Source: a virus
Virus record (IMG/VR): IMGVR_UViG_3300006217_000126
Length of the DNA: 43,401 bases
Strand: one strand, 5' to 3'
This document shows, piece after piece, positions 1 to 8,023 of the stretch (positions within the stretch are counted from its first letter, which is position 1; each line of letters begins with the position of its first letter). The notes beneath the pieces were generated by a model. The model made no database searches. It was not told the DNA's origin and saw only the letters and a program-made list of their open reading frames with translations. A program made the position numbers and the translations under genes.

Positions 1-76
1 ATGACGAAACAGAAATTTTATTTTCTCTGTTTTGTCCAAAAATCAATGTGCCCTTAACAGGGTGCTGAACAGTTAC
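1..76 (-). mobile_element. Duplicate image of the right end of the IS66-family element (same bases as 43325-43400)
   Basis: Ends in ...gggtgctgaacagttac at 60-76. This is the reverse complement of the GTAA-type inverted repeat found at 41596. Confidence 0.8.
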
Positions 77-77
77 A
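1..77. repeat. Terminal direct repeat, exact copy of 43325-43401 (circular-contig overlap)
   Basis: First 77 nt (atgacgaaacagaaatttta...ctgaacagttaca) are identical base for base to the last 77 nt. Unique length is therefore 43324 bp. Confidence 0.95.
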
Positions 78-84
78 GAAAAAG
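77..84. repeat. Target-site duplication AGAAAAAG, right copy
   Basis: Identical octamer abuts the other IS end at 41588-41595. Confidence 0.8.
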
Positions 85-173
85 CAGCAAATTCCATAAG
101 CGGTGTTATGGCAGCAGTACAAAGAAAAATCAAGGAATTAAAGGAGGACGGCGACAAATGGCAAAAGGGTTAA
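77..173 (+). pseudogene. 3' fragment of a small early gene split by the IS insertion
   Basis: Joins in frame to 41478-41595 once the IS and one octamer are removed. Reads ..IEK|AANSISGVMAAVQRKIKELKEDGDKWQKG, with stop TAA at 171-173. Confidence 0.65.
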
Positions 174-406
174 AGTTGAATAGAGAACAGTATAAAAGGG
201 TTAAGCGCATGGATCATAAGCAAATGGAAGATTTCATTTGCAATATGTATAACGAGGGTTACGCAGACGGCAAGGCGGCAGCAGAACCGAGGATCAAGCC
301 CTCTGACATTGCAACGGTTTTAGTTGAGATTAAGGGCGTAGGCACGAAGAAAGCCGCCGAGATCATGGCGGCGGTAAACAAATTGTATGAGAGGGGAATA
401 AAGTGA
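158..406 (+). CDS. Hypothetical early protein with helix-hairpin-helix-like C-terminus (IKGVGTKKAAEIMAAV)
   Basis: ATG at 158 is preceded by AAGGAGGA (141-148). The upstream part of track ORF 32..406 runs through the IS end and is not credible. Confidence 0.6.
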   Translation: MAKGLKLNREQYKRVKRMDHKQMEDFICNMYNEGYADGKAAAEPRIKPSDIATVLVEIKGVGTKKAAEIMAAVNKLYERGIK

Positions 407-720
407 TAAACGAGGAAGTTTTAGGACAGATAGAAAAGGCATTTGATATTAAATTGTATGATTGGCAACGCGATTACTTATTAGATAAGCCATTCAAAAC
501 GCCAACGAGCAGGCAGAGCGGGCGCAGCTTTGCTAAAATTATCAAATTGCTTTTAACGACAGAAATTAAAGAGCGAGAAATAAGAAGTTTCGCAAAATAC
601 GAAAGTATTCATAGACAGATTTACTTTGAAAAGCAGGTTTTAGAGATAGATAATAAATTAAAATCGGCGGGCATAAAAACAAAGTTAATTCGGCAAGGAG
701 GAATGAACAATGTTATATGA
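403..720 (+). CDS. Hypothetical protein
   Basis: 105-codon ORF with GTG start overlapping the previous stop. No recognisable motif. Confidence 0.5.
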   Translation: MINEEVLGQIEKAFDIKLYDWQRDYLLDKPFKTPTSRQSGRSFAKIIKLLLTTEIKEREIRSFAKYESIHRQIYFEKQVLEIDNKLKSAGIKTKLIRQGGMNNVI

Positions 721-1144
721 GCAGGTGGAGAAAAGGGAAAAAGAGGCTTGCGGGGGAGTTACGACAGTAACCGGTAGTTGTAAATTTTGCGGGCAGGTGG
801 CAACGCGCAAGGCATTAGAAGAATGGAGCCAAGAGGAAATAGACGAACTGGCAACCGAAACTTGCGAATGTGTGGACGCGCGGATCTATGCACACAAGAA
901 AGGGCAGAAAGAAAGAGCCAATGCCCGCATTGATCTGTTATTCGGAAAAGAAAATAAAAGCGTTACGGTTCCCGATGCAGCAGTTGACCTGCTGCATAAA
1001 GCCGTTTATCCGGTATGCGAAGGTTTCATACAGAGTATGACCGTAGACATTGGAAACGGCGTTAAGGGCAAGATCAACATTACATCAAAGGGAATTATCA
1101 AGGTAGCGCGTACAAAGACAGATACAAGCACATACGAGGCGTAA
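710..1144 (+). CDS. Hypothetical Cys-containing protein
   Basis: 144-codon ORF tightly packed with its neighbours. Contains CKFCG and CEC motifs. Confidence 0.55.
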   Translation: MLYEQVEKREKEACGGVTTVTGSCKFCGQVATRKALEEWSQEEIDELATETCECVDARIYAHKKGQKERANARIDLLFGKENKSVTVPDAAVDLLHKAVYPVCEGFIQSMTVDIGNGVKGKINITSKGIIKVARTKTDTSTYEA

Positions 1145-1156
1145 GGGGGCGTTAAA

Positions 1157-1684
1157 ATGCGTAAGGGCAGGATAATCTGCATTGATATTGAAACAACCGG
1201 ATTAGACCGCACAGAGGACGAGATCCTGCAAGTGGCAATCATAAACGGCAGAGGGAAAACGCTTTATAATTCCTATATCAGACCGGACAAAAAAAGAACG
1301 TGGCAGCAGGCAGAGGCGATCAACAAAATTAACTGGCAGACGGTAAGAGATGCGCCGACAATCCGGCGCGAGAGGCGCAAGATCGAGAGAATATTAAAAA
1401 GAGCCGGTTTGATCGTTGGCTACAATCTGAAAGCGTTCGATTTGCCGTTTATGGCAGCAAAAGGCATCAACACAGCAGTAAAAGCGCAAATATGCGATGT
1501 GATGTTAGAATTTGCGCCGGTGGCGGGAGAGTGGGATCCGGAGCGCGGCGGCTACAAATGGAAGTCATTAAGATTTTGCGCCGATTGGTACGGCTACACA
1601 AATTATAAACCGCATGACGCGCTTGAAGATGTGCGGGCAACGCTGCATTGCTATTATGCGATGCTGAAAGGAGGCAGGCGATGA
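1157..1684 (+). CDS. DEDDh-type 3'-5' exonuclease (DnaQ/epsilon-like)
   Basis: Exo I motif ICIDIETTGL..DEILQ, a central YN..FD motif, and Exo III motif HDALEDV. Confidence 0.8.
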   Translation: MRKGRIICIDIETTGLDRTEDEILQVAIINGRGKTLYNSYIRPDKKRTWQQAEAINKINWQTVRDAPTIRRERRKIERILKRAGLIVGYNLKAFDLPFMAAKGINTAVKAQICDVMLEFAPVAGEWDPERGGYKWKSLRFCADWYGYTNYKPHDALEDVRATLHCYYAMLKGGRR

Positions 1685-2037
1685 ACAGACGGCAGAAAAA
1701 GAAAGCATTTAAAAAGCGTTTCGGTTTCAACCCGCCGCGCGGCATCAGCATAAGGACGGCAACGCGGATCATGGAACACAAGGAAACAATCATAGCGGCA
1801 TTTGAACGGCTGAAAGCTGCAATACTGGACTTGTGGGAGCGGGTAAAGCAACCGGCGTTAGAACTGGCAGAGGCATTAAAGGAAATTCACACAGCTTTTA
1901 TTACATCGGCAGAGAGGCGACGCAGGCAGTATATAGCCGTTGAGGATTTCCAAACAAAATTATTATTGCGGCAGCAGAAAAGAGAGGCGAAACAGATTGA
2001 AAGCAATTCTGACATACACAACCATGATAGACGATAA
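1681..2037 (+). CDS. Hypothetical basic protein
   Basis: ATG at 1681 overlaps the exonuclease stop (ATGA) and follows GGAGG. Begins MNRRQKKKAFKKRF. Confidence 0.55.
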   Translation: MNRRQKKKAFKKRFGFNPPRGISIRTATRIMEHKETIIAAFERLKAAILDLWERVKQPALELAEALKEIHTAFITSAERRRRQYIAVEDFQTKLLLRQQKREAKQIESNSDIHNHDRR

Positions 2038-2278
2038 AGCGGTAGAGCAAACGAGGCTTTTTGACACCACAAAGGCAAAAAAGATATGTGATGTTAAAAA
2101 CAGTTTCAATAACAAGGTGCAGGAAATATACATAACCGATAAAGGTATAGTATTTCTGTATACAACAACCGGCAGCGGGAAATTAGAAGTTGCAAACCAA
2201 AAGCAGGTTAAGAAGTGGATAGGCGAGAATGAGCCGGATAAATATATTAAATTTTTCGGAGAAGTGGAGGAAGGCTAA
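2024..2278 (+). CDS. Hypothetical protein
   Basis: Internal ATG at 2024 gives MIDDKAVEQ... The start is uncertain because there is no clear RBS and it overlaps the previous ORF by 14 nt. Confidence 0.45.
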   Translation: MIDDKAVEQTRLFDTTKAKKICDVKNSFNNKVQEIYITDKGIVFLYTTTGSGKLEVANQKQVKKWIGENEPDKYIKFFGEVEEG

Positions 2279-2279
2279 C

Positions 2280-2852
2280 ATGGCGGTATCAAAAGAGGTA
2301 AAGGAAACCATAGCAACAACCATTGATGAAGTGTTTCGGAAAATGAACAGCATATCATGGTTGGAGCGGCAGAAGGCAATGAAGGACGAGGCATTTAAAA
2401 ACACCGAAAAGATCCTTTATTGTTTCAGCATCTTAAAAGAACACGTTGCAGACGAGGAGGCATATTTAGGCATGATTGGCAAGAAGAAAAGCGGCAGCGT
2501 GGTTAGATACTCTAAAAACAAGGTGGAAAAGCCGGACGAGGATCAATTACTGGAGGATCGCATTGCATCATACCGGCGCAGTAAAAACGATGTGGAGCGC
2601 ACAGAAAAGGCATTGAAAAAGATTGAGGGCAAAAAGGGCTATGAAGTTATACAGATGCGCTATTTGCAGCGTAAGAAGATAACCGAGAACGGAAAACAGA
2701 CGGAGGAAGTTTACACGTTTGAGGAAATAGCGGATATTTTGAGCGGGCAGCAGGGTTATAACGACAATCTGAACGAAAAGACCGTAAGGAATTATAAAAA
2801 TGCGCTTGTGCGCGATATGGCAATTTTTTTATTCGGATCCGATGCGGTATAG
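2280..2852 (+). CDS. Putative late-gene transcriptional activator (sigma-70 region-4-like / ArpU-RinA class)
   Basis: ATG at 2280 follows GGAGGAAGG. C-terminal HTH-like segment reads YEVIQMRYL...TFEEIADIL...EKTVRNYKNALV. It sits directly upstream of the HNH-terminase operon, where such activators normally lie. Confidence 0.45.
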   Translation: MAVSKEVKETIATTIDEVFRKMNSISWLERQKAMKDEAFKNTEKILYCFSILKEHVADEEAYLGMIGKKKSGSVVRYSKNKVEKPDEDQLLEDRIASYRRSKNDVERTEKALKKIEGKKGYEVIQMRYLQRKKITENGKQTEEVYTFEEIADILSGQQGYNDNLNEKTVRNYKNALVRDMAIFLFGSDAV

Positions 2853-2940
2853 CATGGGCGGCGAAAAGCGCGTATTTGCGGCGCATACGGGGCGCAGGCG
2901 GGCAGATATGGGGCTTGACAACACGCCCGATTTGCCGCCC

Positions 2941-2969
2941 TTCACAAGTCCGTTTAACTATGTTATAAT
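2941..2969 (+). promoter_or_regulatory. Candidate late-operon promoter
   Basis: TTCACA (2941-2946), 17-nt spacer, TGtTATAAT extended -10 (2961-2969). Confidence 0.45.
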
Positions 2970-2998
2970 CTTTACAATTTCAAAACTATGCAGATTAA

Positions 2999-3033
2999 AG
3001 CGCGGCGGTTTCCGTTTGGGATCATGCCGCGCT
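2999..3033 (+). promoter_or_regulatory. Leader hairpin upstream of the HNH/terminase operon
   Basis: Perfect 8-bp stem AGCGCGGC (2999-3006) / GCCGCGCT (3026-3033) with a 19-nt loop, followed by atttct. Confidence 0.4.
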
Positions 3034-3057
3034 ATTTCTATATACGGAGGCAGGCGC

Positions 3058-3510
3058 ATGGGGTTAATGAAGTATTGCAACAGAACCGGCTGCAATCGTT
3101 TAGTACCGCAGGGCGTTAAGTATTGCGCGGCGCATACGGTGGGAAAGACGGCAGAGAACCGGCAGAGGCATAAAGAATATGACGCACATTGCCGCAACCA
3201 AACAGCGAAAGACTTTTACAATAGCGCAGAATGGAAAGCTGCAAGGGCGCGGGCGTTGGCGAGAGATACCAACATAGATATTTATTTGTATATCATGGAG
3301 GGCAGGATTGTACCGGCTGACACAGTGCATCATATTGTGGAGTTAATGGAGGACTATTCCAAGCGGTGCGATATGGATAACCTTATCAGCATATCAGAGG
3401 CAACGCACAGCATGATAAGCAAGGCATACAAGGACGCTGCAAAGAAGGCAGCGATGCAGCAGACACTAAGGGAGTGCATAAGAGAGTACAAACGGAGGCT
3501 TGCAGGGTAG
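3058..3510 (+). CDS. HNH endonuclease (terminase-associated)
   Basis: ATG at 3058 follows ACGGAGG. Cys-rich N-terminus (YCNRTGCN..YCAAH) and HNH core (VHHIVEL..DNLISISEATH). It lies immediately upstream of the small terminase. Confidence 0.8.
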   Translation: MGLMKYCNRTGCNRLVPQGVKYCAAHTVGKTAENRQRHKEYDAHCRNQTAKDFYNSAEWKAARARALARDTNIDIYLYIMEGRIVPADTVHHIVELMEDYSKRCDMDNLISISEATHSMISKAYKDAAKKAAMQQTLRECIREYKRRLAG

Positions 3511-3555
3511 GGGGTGCAAAAAAGTTTTGAACCGTTCCTGCCAAGACCGCAGCCC

Positions 3556-3584
3556 CCCTAAATTTACGCAAAAACTCCCTAAAT
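3556..3584 (+). repeat. Two direct CCCTAAAT repeats 21 bp apart (candidate cos/terminase recognition region)
   Basis: CCCTAAAT at 3556-3563 and 3577-3584, in the HNH-terS intergenic region and flanked by G/C runs. Confidence 0.3.
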
Positions 3585-3614
3585 GGACATTTTTCAGAAA
3601 GGGGGTTGCGGGGG

Positions 3615-4124
3615 ATGGCAAGACCGAGACAACCGATTGACTTGATCGCCGCAAAAGGGCGAAAACACTTGACGATTAATGAATACAACGAGCGCAAGCA
3701 ATCAGAGGTTACGGCATCGGCAGACGATGTAAAACCGCCTGCTTTTTTGTTAAAAAAAGAGCGTGAAAAGTTTGAGGAACTGGCAAAACAGTTAATCGAA
3801 TTAAAAATCATGTCAAATCTGGATTGTGATGTACTGGCAAGGTACATAAGAGCGGAAACGGAATACATCAAGGTAACAAAGCAGATACAAAAAATAAAGT
3901 TTTTGCCAGATAAAAAAAGCATGGCTACGGAGGATGCCCAGCTTGCGGAACAATACGCACAGTATAATTATCTTTCCAAGATCCAAAACAGGCTTATGAA
4001 AGCCTGCAATGAGAACGCAAGGGAATTAGGCTTGACAATTTCAAGCCGGTGCAAATTAGTGATACCGAAAGAAAAGGAGGATAAGCCCGAAAACAAGTTT
4101 ATGAAGCATTCAAAACATGCATAG
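3615..4124 (+). CDS. terS: Terminase small subunit, P27 family-like
   Basis: Begins MARPRQPIDLIAAKGRKHLT... and ends ...RELGLTISSRCKL, both typical of the P27 family. Sits before the large terminase. Confidence 0.75.
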   Translation: MARPRQPIDLIAAKGRKHLTINEYNERKQSEVTASADDVKPPAFLLKKEREKFEELAKQLIELKIMSNLDCDVLARYIRAETEYIKVTKQIQKIKFLPDKKSMATEDAQLAEQYAQYNYLSKIQNRLMKACNENARELGLTISSRCKLVIPKEKEDKPENKFMKHSKHA

Positions 4125-5904
4125 ACGTATGAATAGAATATTAAAGACAACGGATCGCATATCACAGTTTGCAGAAAAAAACCTAAGGAATAAAAAAGAG
4201 TTTGGAGAAGATGCCCGGCTTGCGTTTAAGAGACATCTAAACGATCTGAAAAGATCGGAAAAAGACGATCCAGCGTTTCCGTATGTTTTCATACCGGAAA
4301 AGGCAGAGGACATAATAGAGCTTGCGAACAAATTAACGATTGCAGAGGGCGAGGGGGATGAGGAGTTTACCTGCGCCGGTTTCCAAGAGTTTATTTTAGG
4401 TTCGCTTTTTGGCTGGGTACATAAGGAAACCAGAAAACGCCGGTTTACAGATAGCTATGTGCAAGTGGCAAGACAGCAGGGCAAAAGCGTTTTAAATGCT
4501 ATTTTGGGAATCAAGTGCAGCAATTTTGACAATTATAATTACGGCCAAATATATTGTACCGCCACAAAATCAGATCAGGCGCGGATAGTCTTAAATGAAA
4601 TTTCTAAATTCATAAAAGCAGATGCCGACCTGCAGGAATTGTTTGATATAAAGGACTACAAAAGCGAGATAACCGGGAAAATAACCAATACGGCTATCCG
4701 GGCACTGGGACGTGATACCAAGTCAATAGACGGTTTTAGACCGTATTTAGGCATCGTGGACGAATACCACGCGCATAAAGATAACCAGATGTATAAGTTG
4801 CTGAAAGGCGGTACAAGGAAGTTAAAACAATCGCTTATTTCGGTTATCACAACAGCGGGTTTCAATCTGAACGCGCCCTGCTATGAGTTATTCAAGTATT
4901 GCCGCCGAGTGCTTCGGGGAATTGACATCAATGAGCGGCAGTTTATTTACATAGCCCAAATGGACGAAAAGGACAACATTTGGGATCCGAAAAACTGGAT
5001 CAAGTGCTGCCCGTTGACCGGACGCGATCCAGAATTGGTTTCGCAGATGCAGGAAGATGCAAAGAAAGCGAAATCAATGGGCGGCGAGGAATTGCGCGAT
5101 TTTATGACAAAATCGCTAAACATTTGGGTAACAAATGCGGAAACCGCGTTTATTGATTTGGCAGAATGGGAAAAATGCGGCTGCAAAAAAACGCTTGAAG
5201 ATTTCAGAGGCAAGAAAGCAATATGCGGTTTGGATCTGTCAAGCGGCGGTGATCTTACATCGCTTGTTTTGGAATTTCCGTATGAGGACGAAAAGACCGG
5301 TGACAAGAAATATTATATCTATTCCCATTCTTTCATACCAAAGCAACGTATGCAGGAACACATGGATCAAGAGGATAATGCGCCATATGTAATTTGGGAA
5401 CAGGAGGGGCTGCTTACAGTGACAACGGCTGCAGCGGGCATAAAAACTGATTATAAAACGATTTTAGCACACCTGCACTCGTTGGTTGACATATATGAGA
5501 TAGATTTGGGGGCGATTGCATACGATCCGCACAATGCGAGTGCGTTTTTACTGGATCTGGAAGATTTCGGTTGTGATTTAGTGGAGATCAAGCAGAGTGC
5601 AAGGAGCTTAAACGATGCAACCGTGGATTTCCAATTAGAGGTAAAGGCGCACAATATAGAGTATAACGAGCGCAACAAGTTATTAACAAGATCCATGAAT
5701 GACGCTATTTTGTCAGAGCCGAACAGTTTCGGAGAAATTAAGATAGATAAAATGTTGCAGAAAAATCGGATAGATCCCTGTGATGCTGTCATTTGTGCCC
5801 ACAAGGTAGCGATGGGAATAGATGTCATGGAAATAACGACCGATCAAAGTGTAGAGGCGTATTTGAAAATGTTTGAGAAGGAGGCAGGTGCAAGTGTAGA
5901 ATGA
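4117..5904 (+). CDS. terL: Terminase large subunit
   Basis: 595 aa. Walker-A-like VARQQGKS, a VDEYH Walker-B-like motif and a C-terminal nuclease region. Position fits. Confidence 0.9.
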   Translation: MHRRMNRILKTTDRISQFAEKNLRNKKEFGEDARLAFKRHLNDLKRSEKDDPAFPYVFIPEKAEDIIELANKLTIAEGEGDEEFTCAGFQEFILGSLFGWVHKETRKRRFTDSYVQVARQQGKSVLNAILGIKCSNFDNYNYGQIYCTATKSDQARIVLNEISKFIKADADLQELFDIKDYKSEITGKITNTAIRALGRDTKSIDGFRPYLGIVDEYHAHKDNQMYKLLKGGTRKLKQSLISVITTAGFNLNAPCYELFKYCRRVLRGIDINERQFIYIAQMDEKDNIWDPKNWIKCCPLTGRDPELVSQMQEDAKKAKSMGGEELRDFMTKSLNIWVTNAETAFIDLAEWEKCGCKKTLEDFRGKKAICGLDLSSGGDLTSLVLEFPYEDEKTGDKKYYIYSHSFIPKQRMQEHMDQEDNAPYVIWEQEGLLTVTTAAAGIKTDYKTILAHLHSLVDIYEIDLGAIAYDPHNASAFLLDLEDFGCDLVEIKQSARSLNDATVDFQLEVKAHNIEYNERNKLLTRSMNDAILSEPNSFGEIKIDKMLQKNRIDPCDAVICAHKVAMGIDVMEITTDQSVEAYLKMFEKEAGASVE

Positions 5905-7208
5905 GGATATTTGATAAAATCAGAGAATTTTTTAATAAGATGATAAAACCGGCAGTTGGCGCAGATGATGAACGACTGTTAGAATGGTTGGGAATATCGG
6001 GAACGCCGAAAAAGGCTTTAGGAGAAGTAACCTATTTTACCTGCCTTAAAATGTTGTCTGAAACATTAGGGAAGATGCCGATCAAATTCTATCAGCAGAC
6101 GGAGCGGGGGATCGAGGAGGCAAGCATAAATTCGGCGTACAATCTGTTAAGGACGCGCCCAAACCCACAAATGACACCAACGACATTTTGGGGAACGGTG
6201 GAAAACAACCGGAACCATTATGGAAATGCATATGTATGGATCCAAAGGGAATTTAAACGGAAAAAATATGGCGGAGATATAGAAATAAAAAACTTATGGA
6301 TTATGCCGTCAAGCGATACAACGGTAATAGTTGATGATAAGGGCGTCTTTGGCGCCACAGGCGATATTTACTATTGGTATACAGATAAATACAGTGGGGA
6401 AAATTATTGTTTTCCGTCAAGTGATGTAATGCACTTTAAAACTTCCATGTCTTTTGACGGATTGACCGGAGCACCAGTGCGGGATATTCTGAAGGCCACA
6501 ATAGAGGGCAGTATAGAGAGCCAGCACTTTATGAGCAACCTTTATAAAGGCGGTCTGACAGCACGGGCGGCGTTACAGTATGCCGGCGATTTATCCCCAA
6601 AACTGGAAAAGCAGTTAATCAAAAGGTTAGAGGAATATGCCAATGGAGCGAACAATGCCGGCAAATTTATAGCAATTCCGATAGGAATGAAGTTAGAGCC
6701 GCTTAATATTAAGCTGACAGACAGCCAGTTTTTTGAGTTGAAAAAATATAGCGCATTGCAGATTGCAGGAGCGTTTGGAATTAAGCCGAACCAAATAAAC
6801 GATTATGAGAAAAGCAGCTATGCCAACAGTGAAATGCAAAACATTTCTTTTTACATTGACACAGAATTATATATTTTAAAGCAGTATGAGGAAGAAATAA
6901 ATTATAAATTGTTGGAACCAGGTGAAATGACAGAGGGGAAACATTTTAAATTCAATGAAAATGTTATCCTGCGTACTGATGCAAAGAGCCAAGCAACAAT
7001 TTTAACCGGATATGTGCAGAATGGCATATACACGCCAAACGAGGCGCGATCATTTATGAATAAACCGCGTATGGAAGGCGGTGATAATCTGATATGCAAT
7101 GGGAATTATATCAAGGTTGCAGACATTGGGAAAGACCAGGAGGAAGGGGGCAGAGAAAGTGTCGAAAGTTTTAAAATTACAAAAGAAAGACAAAAACAAT
7201 CGATATAG
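5901..7208 (+). CDS. Portal protein (HK97 family-like)
   Basis: 435 aa following terL. Contains the conserved segment ALQIAGAFGIKPNQIND. Confidence 0.85.
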   Translation: MRIFDKIREFFNKMIKPAVGADDERLLEWLGISGTPKKALGEVTYFTCLKMLSETLGKMPIKFYQQTERGIEEASINSAYNLLRTRPNPQMTPTTFWGTVENNRNHYGNAYVWIQREFKRKKYGGDIEIKNLWIMPSSDTTVIVDDKGVFGATGDIYYWYTDKYSGENYCFPSSDVMHFKTSMSFDGLTGAPVRDILKATIEGSIESQHFMSNLYKGGLTARAALQYAGDLSPKLEKQLIKRLEEYANGANNAGKFIAIPIGMKLEPLNIKLTDSQFFELKKYSALQIAGAFGIKPNQINDYEKSSYANSEMQNISFYIDTELYILKQYEEEINYKLLEPGEMTEGKHFKFNENVILRTDAKSQATILTGYVQNGIYTPNEARSFMNKPRMEGGDNLICNGNYIKVADIGKDQEEGGRESVESFKITKERQKQSI

Positions 7209-7983
7209 TGATGTTGGCAGCATTGAGATCCGAAACGAAACAGAAACAACGGCAGATCTTTGCTTTTTTGGAGATATTAACAGCGAAAGTTTGGGGGAAT
7301 GGCAAAAATATTATCCTGAAGATAAAGCCCCGAAAGATGTGCAGGATTTTTTGGATCAGCTTGACGGTATTTCAAAAATCAATGTGCATATTAACAGCGG
7401 CGGCGGATCCGTATTCGGAGGCATTGCCATTTACAATATTTTAAAACGGCATGATGCGGAAATAACCGTATATGTTGAGGGATTGGCGGCAAGCATTGCA
7501 AGTGTCATAGCAATGGCAGGTGATCGGATCATCATTCCGGAAAATGCACAGATGATGATCCACAAGCCGAGTAGCATTACCTGGGGCAACGCAGACGATA
7601 TGAGGAAGGAGGCAGATATTTTAGATGGTTGCCAAAAGGTTATTTTAAACACCTATATGCAGCATACCAAAGAGGGTGTGACATCGGAACAAATAAACGC
7701 GATGATTGATGCAGAAACGTGGAAGAACGGCCAGGAATGGCAGGAATTTTTCAATATTGAGGTATCGGAAAAGAACAATGCAACAGCCTGTACAAGTGAT
7801 TATTTTAAACGGTACCACAACCTGCCGGAAAAGCTGAAAAGAAAGCCGGAGATGCCTAGGGCTGACATTGACAGTATAGCTGATGTGCTGACAGAAAGGT
7901 CAAAAGAAAATCAGATACCGGCAGCAGCCGAGGACAAGGAAAAACAGATAGAGGCAATTTTGGAGGATTTAGATTTGATCTAG
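7159..7983 (+). CDS. Prohead (head maturation) serine protease, ClpP-like
   Basis: Core reads INSGGGSVFGGIAIYNIL..GLAASIASVIAMAGD..MIHKP. The start is taken as GTG 7159 after AGGAAGGGGG. The track start at 7099 would overlap the portal gene by 110 nt. Confidence 0.8.
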   Translation: MSKVLKLQKKDKNNRYSDVGSIEIRNETETTADLCFFGDINSESLGEWQKYYPEDKAPKDVQDFLDQLDGISKINVHINSGGGSVFGGIAIYNILKRHDAEITVYVEGLAASIASVIAMAGDRIIIPENAQMMIHKPSSITWGNADDMRKEADILDGCQKVILNTYMQHTKEGVTSEQINAMIDAETWKNGQEWQEFFNIEVSEKNNATACTSDYFKRYHNLPEKLKRKPEMPRADIDSIADVLTERSKENQIPAAAEDKEKQIEAILEDLDLI

Positions 7984-8023
7984 GTCCTTTTTTAATGCAA
8001 AAAATCAAGGAGGCGTAAATACA

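Noticed and set aside
32-157. N-terminal 42 codons of track ORF 32..406
   Set aside because: This part crosses the IS inverted repeat, the target duplication and the 3' fragment of the split gene in another frame. A strong RBS precedes ATG 158 instead.
1006-2404. Minus-strand ORFs 1006..1242, 1467..1793, 1654..1851, 1887..2078 and 2183..2404
   Set aside because: All are antisense to the continuous plus-strand early operon, and none has a translation signal.
3386-3922. 178-aa minus-strand ORF
   Set aside because: It is antisense to the HNH 3' end, the cos-candidate gap and the small terminase. It is inconsistent with the tightly packed plus-strand operon.
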